Shown piece by piece: positions 37,137 to 48,250 of a DNA stretch of 64,000 bases. The position numbers and the translations under genes were made by a program. Numbering within the stretch: position 1 is the first letter of the stretch; each line of letters begins with the position of its first letter. The notes beneath the pieces are model-generated. The model made no database searches, had not been told where the DNA came from, and was given only the letters and a program-made list of their open reading frames with translations. This stretch comes from Candidatus Binatia bacterium (lineage in GTDB: Bacteria; Desulfobacterota; Binatia; UBA9968; JAJDTQ01): positions 1,152,001 to 1,216,000 of the forward strand of contig OY762897.2 in assembly GCA_963666515.2 (NCBI GenBank). Reading direction: 5' to 3'.

Positions 37137-38417
37137 ATGGCGGTCAGGGTCGAACAGGCGACGCGGCCCCTGCGGGGCGAGCTGGAGGTTCCCGGGGACA
37201 AGTCCGTCGGGCATCGCGCCGTGATCATGGGGGCGGTGGCGCGGGGCGAGACGCGCATCGCCAACCTGTCCCGCGGGGCCGACAACTCCAGCACGGTGAC
37301 GGCGTTCAGGGGCATGGGCGTGCGGTTCCGGCGCGACGACGACGTGTTGTGCATCGAAGGCCGGGGCTGGGACGGGTTGCAGGCGCCCGGCGAAACCGTC
37401 GACTGCGGCAACTCCGGCACCACCATGCGGCTGCTCGCGGGAGTGCTGGCGGGCCGGCCCTTCGAGGCCTGCCTCGACGGCGACGGCTCCCTCCGCACCC
37501 GGCCGATGAAACGGATCATCGAGCCGCTGACGCGGATGGGAGCCCGGGTGACCGGCAACGACGGCAGCGCGCCCCTGGAGATCCACGGCGGGGGCCTCCA
37601 CGGCATCGAGTACGCTTCGCCGGTGGCCAGCGCCCAGGTGAAGTCCGCGGTGCTGCTGGCGGGCTTGCAGGCCGGCGGGGAGACCTGCTTCGAGGAGCCG
37701 CACCGGTCGCGGGACCACACGGAGATCATGGCCCGGGGCTTCGGCGCCTCGGTGGAAAGCGACGACCGGACGGTGAGGGTACGGGGCGGACAGGAGCTTT
37801 CGGGGACGCGGCTCAGGGTCCCGGGCGACCTGTCGTCCGCCGCGTTCCTGTTCGTGGCCGCGGCGACCATACCGGGTTCCGACGTGTGCGTCCGCGGCGT
37901 GGGCTGCAATCCCACCCGCGGCGGCGTCATCGACGTGCTGCGGGCCATGGGCGCGGACATCGAGGTGACGCGGACCTGGGAGGAAGCGAACGAGCCGGTG
38001 GCCGACTTCCGGGTCCGGGGCGGCGTGCTCAAGGGCACGGAGGTCGAGCCGGAGCTGGCCCCCCGGACCATTGACGAGTATCCGGTGCTGTTCGTGGCCG
38101 CGGCGCTGGCCGAGGGGTCCACGCTGTTCCGCGACGTGGGCGAGTTGCGGTTCAAGGAATCCGACCGCATCGCCACCATGAGCCGCGAGCTTTCGAAGAT
38201 GGGCGTGAAGGTGGACGTGAGCGGCGACGACGTGCGGGTCGAGGGCGCCGGCGCGCTCAGGAGCGCGTCGGTGGAGAGTCACGGCGACCACCGGGTGGCC
38301 ATGGCGCTGGCGGTCGCCGGCCTGTCGACGCCGGGCGGGATGCTCCTGTCGGACGAGGAATGCGTCAAGGTATCCTTCCCGGGTTTCTTCGAGAGCCTGG
38401 CGAAGATCCGCGCCTGA
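37137..38417 (+). CDS. aroA: 3-phosphoshikimate 1-carboxyvinyltransferase
   Basis: PGDKS, DCGNSGTTMRL, ASAQVKSA, RDHTE, KESDRI, GDHRVAM. Confidence 0.96.
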   Translation: MAVRVEQATRPLRGELEVPGDKSVGHRAVIMGAVARGETRIANLSRGADNSSTVTAFRGMGVRFRRDDDVLCIEGRGWDGLQAPGETVDCGNSGTTMRLLAGVLAGRPFEACLDGDGSLRTRPMKRIIEPLTRMGARVTGNDGSAPLEIHGGGLHGIEYASPVASAQVKSAVLLAGLQAGGETCFEEPHRSRDHTEIMARGFGASVESDDRTVRVRGGQELSGTRLRVPGDLSSAAFLFVAAATIPGSDVCVRGVGCNPTRGGVIDVLRAMGADIEVTRTWEEANEPVADFRVRGGVLKGTEVEPELAPRTIDEYPVLFVAAALAEGSTLFRDVGELRFKESDRIATMSRELSKMGVKVDVSGDDVRVEGAGALRSASVESHGDHRVAMALAVAGLSTPGGMLLSDEECVKVSFPGFFESLAKIRA

Positions 38418-38485
38418 GAGGGTCGGTGCGCGAAGTTCGGTTCCGGGCCACCGGTTGTGCCCGGTGGCGAGTGAGGATAGGATAG

Positions 38486-39156
<671 letters not shown>

Positions 39157-39160
<4 letters not shown>

Positions 39161-41004
39161 CCGAAGGTGAGGAGAACAGGAGCGAGGAGACTTCGCAGGG
39201 CCACGAGACTTCGCCGGTCGAAGAGACTTCGGCGGTGACGGAGACTGCGGCGGCGCAGGAAGAGCCGGCGGGCCAGGAGCAGCCGGCGGCCGAGGACGAC
39301 TTTCAGTCGCTGTTCGAGGAGAGCCTGCAGGCGGTGAAGCCGGGCGGCGTGGTCACCGGAAAGGTGGTCGATGTCAACCCGACCCACGTGGTGGTGGACG
39401 TGGGCTACAAGACCGAAGGCCGCATCCCGGTCCAGGAGTTCCAGGACCGCACGGGAACGCTGCAGGTGGGCATCGGCGACGACGTGGACGTCTTCTTCGA
39501 GTCCCCCGAAGGGGACCGGGGCGAGATCGTGCTGTCCCGCCAGAAGGCCGAGAGCATCAAGGTGTGGGACCGCATCGAGAAGGCGCACGACCAGATGACC
39601 CCCATCGAGGGCACCATCGTCGCCCGGGTCAAGGGCGGCTTCAAGGTGGACCTGGGCGTGGACGGTTTCCTTCCCGGCTCCCACGTGGACATACGGCCGA
39701 CCCGGAACCTCGACCAGTTCGTGGGCAAACGGGACCGTTTCACGATCCTCAAGTACAACAGGATGCGCGACAACGTCGTGGTTTCGCGCAAGGTGCTGCT
39801 CGAGAAGGAACGCGAGGTGCTCAAGAAGGAGACTCTCGCGGTCCTCGACGAGGGCGTGATCCTGGAGGGGGTGGTCAAGAACATCACGGACTACGGCGCG
39901 TTCGTCGACGTGGGCGGCATCGACGGGATCCTCCACATCACCGACATGTCGTGGGGCCGCGTGAACCACCCGAGCGACCTGTTGAGCCTCGGCGAGACCA
40001 TCCGTGTGGTGGTGCTCAAGTTCGACAAGGAGAGAGAGCGGATCTCCCTGGGGATGAAGCAGATCACCCCGGACCCCTGGGAGTCGGTGGCGGAACGGTA
40101 TCCGGTGGACTCGAAGATCACCGGCAAGGTGGTGGGCCTGACCGACTACGGCGCGTTCGTGGAGCTGGAGAAGGGCGTCGAGGGGCTGATCCACGTGTCG
40201 GAGATGTCCTGGGCCAAGAAGCTGTCCCACCCCTCCAAGGTGGTCCAGGTGGGGGAGACCGTGGAGGCCATGGTCCTGAACGTGGATCCCGGGCGCCGGC
40301 GCATTTCGCTGGGGCTGCGCCAGGTGCTCCCCAACCCGTGGTTCCTGGCGAAGGAGAAGTACCCCGAAGGCAGCATCGTCAAGGGCCCGGTGCGCAACAT
40401 CACGGACTTCGGAGTGTTCGTGGGGGTCGAGGAGGGGATCGACGGACTGATCCACATCTCGGACCTGGACTGGACCCGGAAGATCAAGCACCCCTCGGAG
40501 CTCTACAAGAAGGGCGACATGGTGGAGGCCAAGGTGCTCGGCGTCGACCCGCAGGTGGAGCGCTTCTCGCTCGGTGTGAAGCAGATGACCATGGATCCGT
40601 GGGAACGGGTGGTCAAGGAGAACCCGCCGGGGTCGCGGGTCACGGGAGCCGTCGTGCGGGTGCTCGACTTCGGAGTGTTCGTGCGCGTGGCCGAAGGCGT
40701 GGAGGGGTTGATCCACGTGTCCCAGCTCAGCACCGAGCACGTCGAGAAGCCTTCGAGCCTCTACCAGGTGGGCGACGAGGTCGAGGCGGAAGTGGTCAAC
40801 GTGGACCTGAAGGAACGGAAGATCGGGCTCAGCATCCGCGCGCTCAAGCGGTCCGAGGAAAGGGAGGAGCTGGAGACCTATCTGAAGCGCGAGAAGGAGG
40901 CGGGCCGGTTCTCGTTCGAGACCATCCTGAACGAGGAGCTGAAGCTGGACCGGGAAGGTCGCCCGGAGGCAGAGACGCAAGACAGCGACAAGGACAAGGC
41001 ATAG
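39157..41004 (+). CDS. rpsA: 30S ribosomal protein S1
   Basis: Repeated S1 domains (YGAFVD..GIDGILHITDMSW, EGLIHVSEMSW). Confidence 0.96.
39187..39294 (+). repeat. Degenerate 18-nt tandem repeat (6 units) in the rpsA 5' extension
   Basis: GAGACTTCG starts at 39187, 39205, 39223; GAGACTGCG at 39241; two GAxxAGCCGGCGG units at 39259 and 39277. Confidence 0.7.
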
Positions 41005-41046
41005 AGGCCGCCAGCTTGCGCCGGATGCACCTTTTCGGGGAACGGC

Positions 41047-41346
41047 ATGACAAAGCGAGACCTGATCGAAGAGATCAATGAACGATTTCCCCACCTCTCC
41101 CGTTTCGACGCGGAGGTGATCGTCAATTCGGTCTTCGACTCCCTGATCGCCGCCCTGCAACGGGAAGAACGCATCGAGATCCGCGGCTTCGGCAGTTTCG
41201 TGGTAAAGCACCGCCGGGCTCGCGACGGGCGCAACCCCAAGACCGGGGAGGTCGTATCCGTGTCCTCCAAGCGAGTGCCGTTTTTCAAGGTTGGCAAGGA
41301 GCTTCGCCTGCGGGTCAACCAGAGCCCTGCTGCCGAGGATGGATGA
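41047..41346 (+). CDS. ihfB: Integration host factor subunit beta
   Basis: MTKRDLI, RIEIRGFGSF, GRNPKTGE, FKVGKELR; follows rpsA. Confidence 0.9.
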   Translation: MTKRDLIEEINERFPHLSRFDAEVIVNSVFDSLIAALQREERIEIRGFGSFVVKHRRARDGRNPKTGEVVSVSSKRVPFFKVGKELRLRVNQSPAAEDG

Positions 41347-41398
41347 AGCTTCAAGAAACACAGCGACAGGATCGAATGGTCTGGCAGGAGGAACCCGA

Positions 41399-42796
41399 GT
41401 GGAATCCATCGACACCCTGGGCGAACTGAAACGCAGCGGAATCGCCGTGAGGTCCGTGCGCGACGAGATGCGCAACAACCTCATGAATCTTCTCAAGTCC
41501 GGGGAGCGCATGCTGCCGGGCATCGTGGGCTACGACGAGACGGTGGTCCCGGAGATCGAGAACGCCATCCTGTCGGGCCATCACATGGTCTTTCTCGGCG
41601 AGCGGGGTCAGGCCAAGTCGCGCATCATCCGCGGCCTCACGCTGTTGCTGGACGAGAAGATCCCGCGGGTGAAGGGTTGCGAGATCAACTGCGACCCCTT
41701 CCAGGTGATCTGCGCTCCGTGCCGGCGCCGCCTCAACGAGCAGGGCGACGACCTGGAGGTGGAGTGGATCGGCCGGGAACACCGCTACGGCGAGAAGCTG
41801 GCGACCCCGGACGTGTCCATCGCCGACCTCATCGGCGAGATCGATCCCATCAAGGTCGCGGAAGGGCGCTACTTGGCCGACGAGGAGACCATCCACTACG
41901 GCCTGATCCCCCGCACCAACCGCGGCGTCTTCGCGGTCAACGAGCTGCCCGACCTGACGGAGAAGGTGCAGGTGGGGCTCTTCAATCTCATGGAGGAGAA
42001 GGACGTCCAGATCAAGGGGTACAAGGTCCGTCTTCCCCTCGACGTGGTCATCGTGGCCAGCGCCAACCCCGAGGACTATACCAGCCGCGGCCGCATCATC
42101 ACGCCCTTGAAGGACCGCTTCGACGTGCAGATCCGCACCCACTATCCGCGCCAAGTGGAGCACGAGATCGACATCATGGAGCAGGAATCCGCCTCGCTCG
42201 ACGGCCGCAGCCGGGCGGTGGTGATCCCCGAGTTCATGAAGGAGGTGCTGGGCCACCTGACCTTCGAGGCGCGCAACTCCAGCGAGATCAACCAGTCCTC
42301 CGGCGTCAGCGTCCGCATCAGCATCAACAACTACGAGAGCATGATCAGCAACGCGGAGAAACGAGCGCTGCGGCTGGGCGAGACCGACATCGTGCCGCGG
42401 GTCAGCGACCTGCACGCGGTGCTTCCCTCCACCTGCGGAAAGATCGAGGTCGAGTACGTGGGCGAGGAGAAGAACGAGGAAGAGCTGATCGAGCGGCTCC
42501 TGAACCGGGCGATCCTCAAGACCTTCGACGCCCGCTTCGACGTGAACGCGCTTCAGAGCGTCATCGAGTACTTCAACTCGGGCTGGGGGGTGGAGGTCTC
42601 CGACGAGATGCGCTCGGAGGACTACCTGGAGGGCATCAAGGAGATACCGGGCCTGCAGGAAGCCATCCGCTCCCTGGGGGAGGTGGACTCGCCGGGTTTC
42701 CTGGCCTCCGCCACGGAGCTGGTGCTGGAGGGCCTGCACCTGCACCAGAAGCTCAACAAAGAGGCCGAAGGGGGCCGCATCACCTATGGCAAGTGA
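41399..42796 (+). CDS. AAA+ ATPase, Mg-chelatase/MoxR-like (Rv0958-like)
   Basis: GERGQAKS Walker A, EKLATPD, NELPDL, SANPEDYT.RGRIITPLKDRF; GGAGG RBS before GTG. Confidence 0.85.
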   Translation: MESIDTLGELKRSGIAVRSVRDEMRNNLMNLLKSGERMLPGIVGYDETVVPEIENAILSGHHMVFLGERGQAKSRIIRGLTLLLDEKIPRVKGCEINCDPFQVICAPCRRRLNEQGDDLEVEWIGREHRYGEKLATPDVSIADLIGEIDPIKVAEGRYLADEETIHYGLIPRTNRGVFAVNELPDLTEKVQVGLFNLMEEKDVQIKGYKVRLPLDVVIVASANPEDYTSRGRIITPLKDRFDVQIRTHYPRQVEHEIDIMEQESASLDGRSRAVVIPEFMKEVLGHLTFEARNSSEINQSSGVSVRISINNYESMISNAEKRALRLGETDIVPRVSDLHAVLPSTCGKIEVEYVGEEKNEEELIERLLNRAILKTFDARFDVNALQSVIEYFNSGWGVEVSDEMRSEDYLEGIKEIPGLQEAIRSLGEVDSPGFLASATELVLEGLHLHQKLNKEAEGGRITYGK

Positions 42797-42869
42797 TTGC
42801 CGGCTCACGGGCCGAAGCCCGCTCGCAGGAACCGCCGTCCCGCGCCGCGCGAGCCGCGGTTGACCCGTC

Positions 42870-44462
42870 ATGATACACGCCCGCTACAGCCGCTGGAACG
42901 GCGCCCAGGAGAGGTCCCTCAGGCCGGACGACGTGTTCGACCAGCTCAACGAGCACCTGGACGAGACCGGCGACCTGCAGCAGTCCATGCGCCGCCTGAT
43001 GCAGCGCGGGATGGGCGAGGACGAGGAGCGGACCGCCGGCCTCGACGACCTGCTGTCACAGGTGGCCCGCGAGAAGCGGCGGATGTACGAGCAGTATCAG
43101 ATCCGCTCGGCCCTCGACGAGATCCAGGAAGCGTTGCAGGACATCGTCGCCAGGGAACGCGATACCCTCAAGCAGAAACCCGACCGGGCCGAGGCCGAGA
43201 AGAAGGACGAATTCCTCCAGCACCTCCCGCCCAAGCTGAGCGACGCCATCGAGCGGCTGGCCGGCTACGGTTTCGAGAACCCCGAGGCCAAGAAGGATTT
43301 CGAGGAGATCCTCTCCCAACTCGACAAGATCCGCCGCCTGGAAAACTACATTCGACGTGAAGGAAACCTCTTCAGAGGCCAGGAATCGTTGAACTTCGAG
43401 GAAGCCTCGGAGCTCCAGGAGCGTATGGAGGGCCTGCAGAAGCTGGAGGGCCAGTTGTCCAGCAGCCAGCCCAAGGACGTGGACATGGACCTGCTGAACA
43501 GCCTTCTCGGCGCCCAGGCCCAGGAGGACTACGAAGGGGTCATGCGGCTGGAGTCGTCGCTGGAAGACGGCGGCTACGTGGTGGACAAGGGCGACCACTT
43601 CGAGCTGACGCCGCGCGGGGTGCGCCGCATCGGCCAGATCGCCCTCCGGGACATTTACAAGCAACTGGCCCGGGACGCCGCCGGACGGCACCAGATCGCC
43701 CGTCACGGCTCCCAGGAGATGGTCCCCGAATCCAGCAAGCCCTACGTCTCGGGCGACCCCCTGAACCTGAACCTCAACGAGACGCTGCGGGCGGCCCTGC
43801 GTCGCGACGCGAAACTGCCGCTGAGTCTCGATCCGAGGGACTTCATGGTCTTCGACTCGCAGTACTCGACGCGGGCCGCCACGGTTCTGCTGCTGGACAT
43901 GAGCTGGTCCATGAGCTGGGACGGCCGCTTCGCCGCGGCCAAGAAGGTGGCCCTGGCCATGGAGTCCCTGTGCCGCTCCAAGTACCCCCAGGACTATTTC
44001 GGCATCGTCGGCTTCTTCACCCGGGCGGTGGAGTTGAAGGCGAAGGACCTGCCGGAAGCCACCTGGAACATGGGAGACCCGTTCACCAACCTCCAGGACG
44101 GGCTCCATCTCGCCATCGACCTGCTGAAGAAGCGGAGCGCCACCCGCAACCAGCAGATCATCGTCATCACCGACGGCCAGCCCACCGCCTACTGCCGCCA
44201 GGGACGGCTCTACTGCGAATGGCCGCTGAGCTTCGGCGGCATCAGCCAGCGCGCGGCCGAAGAGACCCTGAAGGAGGCCAAACGGGTCACCCAGCGGGGC
44301 ATCACCATCAACACCTTCATGCTCGACGACAGCCCGGTGCTGAAGGGCTTCGTGGACGAGATGACCCGGCTCAACAAGGGGCGCGCCTTCTACACACGTC
44401 CCGACCGCCTGGGACAGTACCTGCTCGTGGACTACCTGCTGGGCCAGCGGCGCAAGGTTTAG
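42870..44462 (+). CDS. VWA-domain protein (Rv0959-like partner of the ATPase)
   Basis: YSRW start, LTPRG.RRIG, DMSWSM MIDAS, TN, ITDGQPTA. Confidence 0.85.
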   Translation: MIHARYSRWNGAQERSLRPDDVFDQLNEHLDETGDLQQSMRRLMQRGMGEDEERTAGLDDLLSQVAREKRRMYEQYQIRSALDEIQEALQDIVARERDTLKQKPDRAEAEKKDEFLQHLPPKLSDAIERLAGYGFENPEAKKDFEEILSQLDKIRRLENYIRREGNLFRGQESLNFEEASELQERMEGLQKLEGQLSSSQPKDVDMDLLNSLLGAQAQEDYEGVMRLESSLEDGGYVVDKGDHFELTPRGVRRIGQIALRDIYKQLARDAAGRHQIARHGSQEMVPESSKPYVSGDPLNLNLNETLRAALRRDAKLPLSLDPRDFMVFDSQYSTRAATVLLLDMSWSMSWDGRFAAAKKVALAMESLCRSKYPQDYFGIVGFFTRAVELKAKDLPEATWNMGDPFTNLQDGLHLAIDLLKKRSATRNQQIIVITDGQPTAYCRQGRLYCEWPLSFGGISQRAAEETLKEAKRVTQRGITINTFMLDDSPVLKGFVDEMTRLNKGRAFYTRPDRLGQYLLVDYLLGQRRKV

Positions 44463-44520
44463 CGTCGCCGAACAGCCTGATCGCGGAAGCGCTGGAGGGC
44501 AGGGCGCGACGGGGAACGTG

Positions 44521-47118
44521 ATGGAGCGGACACGGCTCACGCCCATGATGCACCAGTACCTGGAGATCAAGGATCGGCACCGGGACGCCATCCTGTTCTT
44601 CCGGCTCGGGGACTTCTACGAGATGTTCTTCGAGGATGCGGAAAAGGCGTCCAAGGTGCTCGACATCGCCTTGACCAGCCGCGGCCAGAGCAACGGCGCG
44701 CCGGTGCCGCTGTGCGGCGTGCCGCACCATGCCGCCACCCCGTACATCGGCAAGCTCCTGTCCGCCGGCTTCAAGGTGGCGGTGTGCGAGCAGACCGAGG
44801 ACCCCAAGCTCGCCAAGGGCGTGGTGCGGCGCGAGGTGATCAAGGTCATCAGCCCGGGCACCCTCACGGAGGGGGAGGGGCTCGACGCCGAGGTCAACAA
44901 CTTCCTGGCCGCGGTGACCGCGGCCCGCGACGAATACGGGCTCGCGTTCACCGACGTCACCACCGGCGAGTTCCGCTTCACCCAGATGAAGGGCTACGCC
45001 GCCCTGACCGGCGAGCTGGGGCGGATCCAGCCGCGCGAGCTGCTGGTTCCCGAGGCCCATTCCGCAGCCCTCGGCAGCCTGCGCGAAGACTACGCCGGCG
45101 TGCACTGCACGCCGGGACCGGACACGTGGTTCTCGGGCGCCGCGGTCCAGAGGCTGGACGGCGCCGGCCTCTACCGGGGGCCGCAGGACGAGTGGCCGCT
45201 GGGGGTCCGCGCCGCCGCCGCCATTCTGGCCTATCTGGAGGACCGCTCGCCCGGCGCGGCGCAGGTGTTGACCGGGCTGGAGCCCTATCGCGCCTCCGGG
45301 TTCCTCATGCTCGACGAGAGCACGCAGGCCAACCTGGAGCTGCTGCGCAGCTTCGACGGGAGCAGGCGGGGCTCGCTGCTCGGCGTCCTGGAGCCGCCCC
45401 GCACGGCCATGGGCGCGCGGGAGCTGCGCAAGTGGATCCTCTACCCGTTGCTGGACGAACACGAGATCCGCCGCCGGCAGGACGCCGTGGAGGAACTGCT
45501 GGACGATCCGGACGCGCGCCGGGGGCTTCGGGAGGCGCTCCGGGGCGTCCAGGACCTGGAGCGGTTGTCCGGCCGCATCGCCTCCCGGAGCGCGTCGGCG
45601 CGGGACCTGACCGCCATCAAGGACACGCTGCGCGCGCTGGAAGGGGTGCGCGAGCGCCTCGACAGGTGCCGTAGCGAGTTGCTGGCCGAGGTCCGGTCCG
45701 GGCTTCACGCGGTGCCGGAAGTGGTGGATCTGGTGGAGCGGGCGGTGGTGGACAGTCCGCCGGCCACGGTCCGGGGCGGCGGTTTCGTGCGCGCCGGATT
45801 CGACGAGGAGCTGGACGCGCTGTCGGCCATCCGCAGCAACGCCAAGGGCTGGATATCGGAGCTGCAGCACAGGGAGCGCCAGCGCACCGGCATCCAGTCC
45901 CTGAAGGTGCGCTACAACAAGGTGTTCGGCTACTACATCGAGGTCACCCGCGCCAACCTCGCCAACGTGCCGGAGGACTACCTCCGAAAGCAGACCCTGA
46001 CCAACGGCGAACGGTTCATCACGCCGGAGTTGAAGGACTACGAGGCCCGGGTGCTGGGCTCCGACGAGGAAATACTGAAGATCGAGGCGCGGATCTTCGC
46101 CGAGCTGCTCGACCGCATCGCGGTTCACCACCCTTCCATCAAGCAGTCCGGTCTGGCGCTGGCGAGGCTGGACACCTTGCTGGCGCTGGCGGAGACCGCC
46201 GAAAGCGGCCGTTTCGTCCGCCCGCGGGTGGACTCCAGCCTGACCCTCTCCATGCGCGGGGCGCGGCATCCGGTGGTGGAGGCAGTGTTGGGCCGCGGCG
46301 GCTTCGTCCCCAACGACTGCGAGATGGATTCCGAGACCACCCAGATCAAGCTCCTGACCGGTCCGAACATGGCCGGCAAGTCCACCTACATGAGGCAGGT
46401 GGCGCTGGTGGTGATCCTCGCCCAGATGGGCGGCTTCGTGCCCGCGGACTCCGCCCACGTGGGCTTGGTGGACCGCCTGTTCACCCGCTTCGGCGCCACC
46501 GACGCGCTGGCGTCCGGAGAGTCGACCTTCATGGTGGAGATGAAGGAGACGGCGCGCATCCTGCGCCTGGCCACGCCGCGAAGCCTCATCCTGCTGGACG
46601 AGGTGGGGCGCGGCACCAGCACGTTCGACGGCATCTCCATCGCCTGGTCGCTCGCCGAGTTTCTGCACGAGTCGCCGCACCGGCCGCGGACGTTGTTCGC
46701 CACCCACTACCACGAACTGACGGGCCTGGCGCGCACGCGCGAGCGCGTGAGGAACTTCAACTTCGCGGTCAAGGAGTGGCAAGGGGAGGTGATCTTCCTG
46801 CGCACTCTCAAGGAGGGTCCGGCCAGCCGCAGTTACGGCATCCAGGTAGCCGGCCTCGCGGGGTTGCCGGGTTCCCTCATCGAGCGGGCCAGGGAGATCC
46901 TCGGGAACCTGGAAGGCGAGGAGCTGAACGCCTGGGGACGGCCGCGGCTGGCGGGGGCCGAGCCGGCCTCGGAAGGGGTCCAGTTGGAGCTGTACGAGCC
47001 GCGCCCCGACGGGCTGCGGGAGAAGCTCCGGGACATCGACACCAGCGGTCTCACTCCCCTGGAGGCATTGAACGTGCTGGACGGGCTCGTGACGGAGGCC
47101 AGACGGGGGCCCGGTTGA
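44521..47118 (+). CDS. mutS: DNA mismatch repair protein MutS
   Basis: TPMM.QY, GDFYEMF, TGPNMAGKSTYMRQ, DEVGRGTST, ATHYHEL. Confidence 0.97.
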   Translation: MERTRLTPMMHQYLEIKDRHRDAILFFRLGDFYEMFFEDAEKASKVLDIALTSRGQSNGAPVPLCGVPHHAATPYIGKLLSAGFKVAVCEQTEDPKLAKGVVRREVIKVISPGTLTEGEGLDAEVNNFLAAVTAARDEYGLAFTDVTTGEFRFTQMKGYAALTGELGRIQPRELLVPEAHSAALGSLREDYAGVHCTPGPDTWFSGAAVQRLDGAGLYRGPQDEWPLGVRAAAAILAYLEDRSPGAAQVLTGLEPYRASGFLMLDESTQANLELLRSFDGSRRGSLLGVLEPPRTAMGARELRKWILYPLLDEHEIRRRQDAVEELLDDPDARRGLREALRGVQDLERLSGRIASRSASARDLTAIKDTLRALEGVRERLDRCRSELLAEVRSGLHAVPEVVDLVERAVVDSPPATVRGGGFVRAGFDEELDALSAIRSNAKGWISELQHRERQRTGIQSLKVRYNKVFGYYIEVTRANLANVPEDYLRKQTLTNGERFITPELKDYEARVLGSDEEILKIEARIFAELLDRIAVHHPSIKQSGLALARLDTLLALAETAESGRFVRPRVDSSLTLSMRGARHPVVEAVLGRGGFVPNDCEMDSETTQIKLLTGPNMAGKSTYMRQVALVVILAQMGGFVPADSAHVGLVDRLFTRFGATDALASGESTFMVEMKETARILRLATPRSLILLDEVGRGTSTFDGISIAWSLAEFLHESPHRPRTLFATHYHELTGLARTRERVRNFNFAVKEWQGEVIFLRTLKEGPASRSYGIQVAGLAGLPGSLIERAREILGNLEGEELNAWGRPRLAGAEPASEGVQLELYEPRPDGLREKLRDIDTSGLTPLEALNVLDGLVTEARRGPG

Positions 47119-48224
47119 TACGTTTGCTGGCGTCGCTGTTGCTGCTGTGCAGCGTTGGCGCGGTGTCCGAGGCGTGGGCGGCGCGCCTCACGGGCGTGCG
47201 CCACCTGTCCTCGTCCAACTATACGCGGGTGATCCTCGACCTCACCGGCCGGGTGAGGTTCACGGTGCAGACCCTGGCGGCGTCTCCCAAGAAGGGTATT
47301 CCTCCAAGGGTCTACATGGATCTGGCGGGGACCCGTCTGGCGACGCGGCGGCGTCGCGTGGAGGTCGGGGACCGCCTGGTGCGGCGGGTCCGGCTCGCCC
47401 AGTTCAAGGCCGACGTGGTGCGGGTGGTGCTGGACCTCAAGCACCCGGGCAGCCACGACGCCGCACTGATGGCCAACCCGCACCGCCTCCTGGTGGACGT
47501 GGAGCGCCGCCGCGGGTCCGCGGCGCGCCGGCAACGGGCGGTGCGCAGGATCGTGCTGGACCCCGGTCACGGCGGGAAGGATCCCGGAGCCGTCGGCGCC
47601 GGCGGCCTCAGGGAGAAGGACGTGGTGCTGCGGATCGCCAGGAAGCTCGCGCCGAGGCTCCGGCGCGCCATGGGCGTGGACGTGGTCCTTACCAGGAAAA
47701 CGGACGTCTTCGTGTCGCTCAAGGCGCGCACGGCCATGGCCAACGCGGAAAGCGCGGACCTCTTCCTTTCCATTCACGCCAATGCCAGCCACAATCGCAG
47801 GGCGGGAGGGCTGGAGACCTACTATCTGGACAAGACCACGGACGAAGCCACCATGAAGCTGGCCGCCAGGGAGAACGGGACCGCGCGCCGCAACCTGACG
47901 GACTTGCAGATCATGCTGAGCGACCTCAAGCTGAGCGCGTACCTCAAGGAGTCCATCAGCCTGGCCAAGCACCTGCAATCATCGGTGGTGCGGAATACCC
48001 GGCCCCACTACCCGCGCGCCAAGGACCTGGGAGTGAAGAAAGGGTTGTTCTACGTGCTGGTGGGCGCGCGGATGCCGTCGGCGCTGGCGGAGCTGTTTTT
48101 CGTGAGCAACCGCCGCGAGGCCCGCGCGCTGCAACGCCCGAAGTTCCAGGACGCCATCGTCCGGGGACTGTCCCGCGGCATCACGGACTACGCCGACAGA
48201 CTGCGGCAGAGGGAGGGGTTTTGA
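47115..48224 (+). CDS. N-acetylmuramoyl-L-alanine amidase with AMIN domains
   Basis: Signal peptide, RVVLDL, LDPGHGGKDPGA, FLSIHANA, FYVLVGARMPS.LAE. Confidence 0.9.
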   Translation: MIRLLASLLLLCSVGAVSEAWAARLTGVRHLSSSNYTRVILDLTGRVRFTVQTLAASPKKGIPPRVYMDLAGTRLATRRRRVEVGDRLVRRVRLAQFKADVVRVVLDLKHPGSHDAALMANPHRLLVDVERRRGSAARRQRAVRRIVLDPGHGGKDPGAVGAGGLREKDVVLRIARKLAPRLRRAMGVDVVLTRKTDVFVSLKARTAMANAESADLFLSIHANASHNRRAGGLETYYLDKTTDEATMKLAARENGTARRNLTDLQIMLSDLKLSAYLKESISLAKHLQSSVVRNTRPHYPRAKDLGVKKGLFYVLVGARMPSALAELFFVSNRREARALQRPKFQDAIVRGLSRGITDYADRLRQREGF

Positions 48225-48250
48225 GCGCGGGAGCGCGGTCGGGGGACGGC

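Noticed and set aside
47147-48250. Apparent 368-aa N-terminal extension of GlnD
   Set aside because: It is an open alternate frame over the amidase gene; GlnD-like sequence begins near 48251
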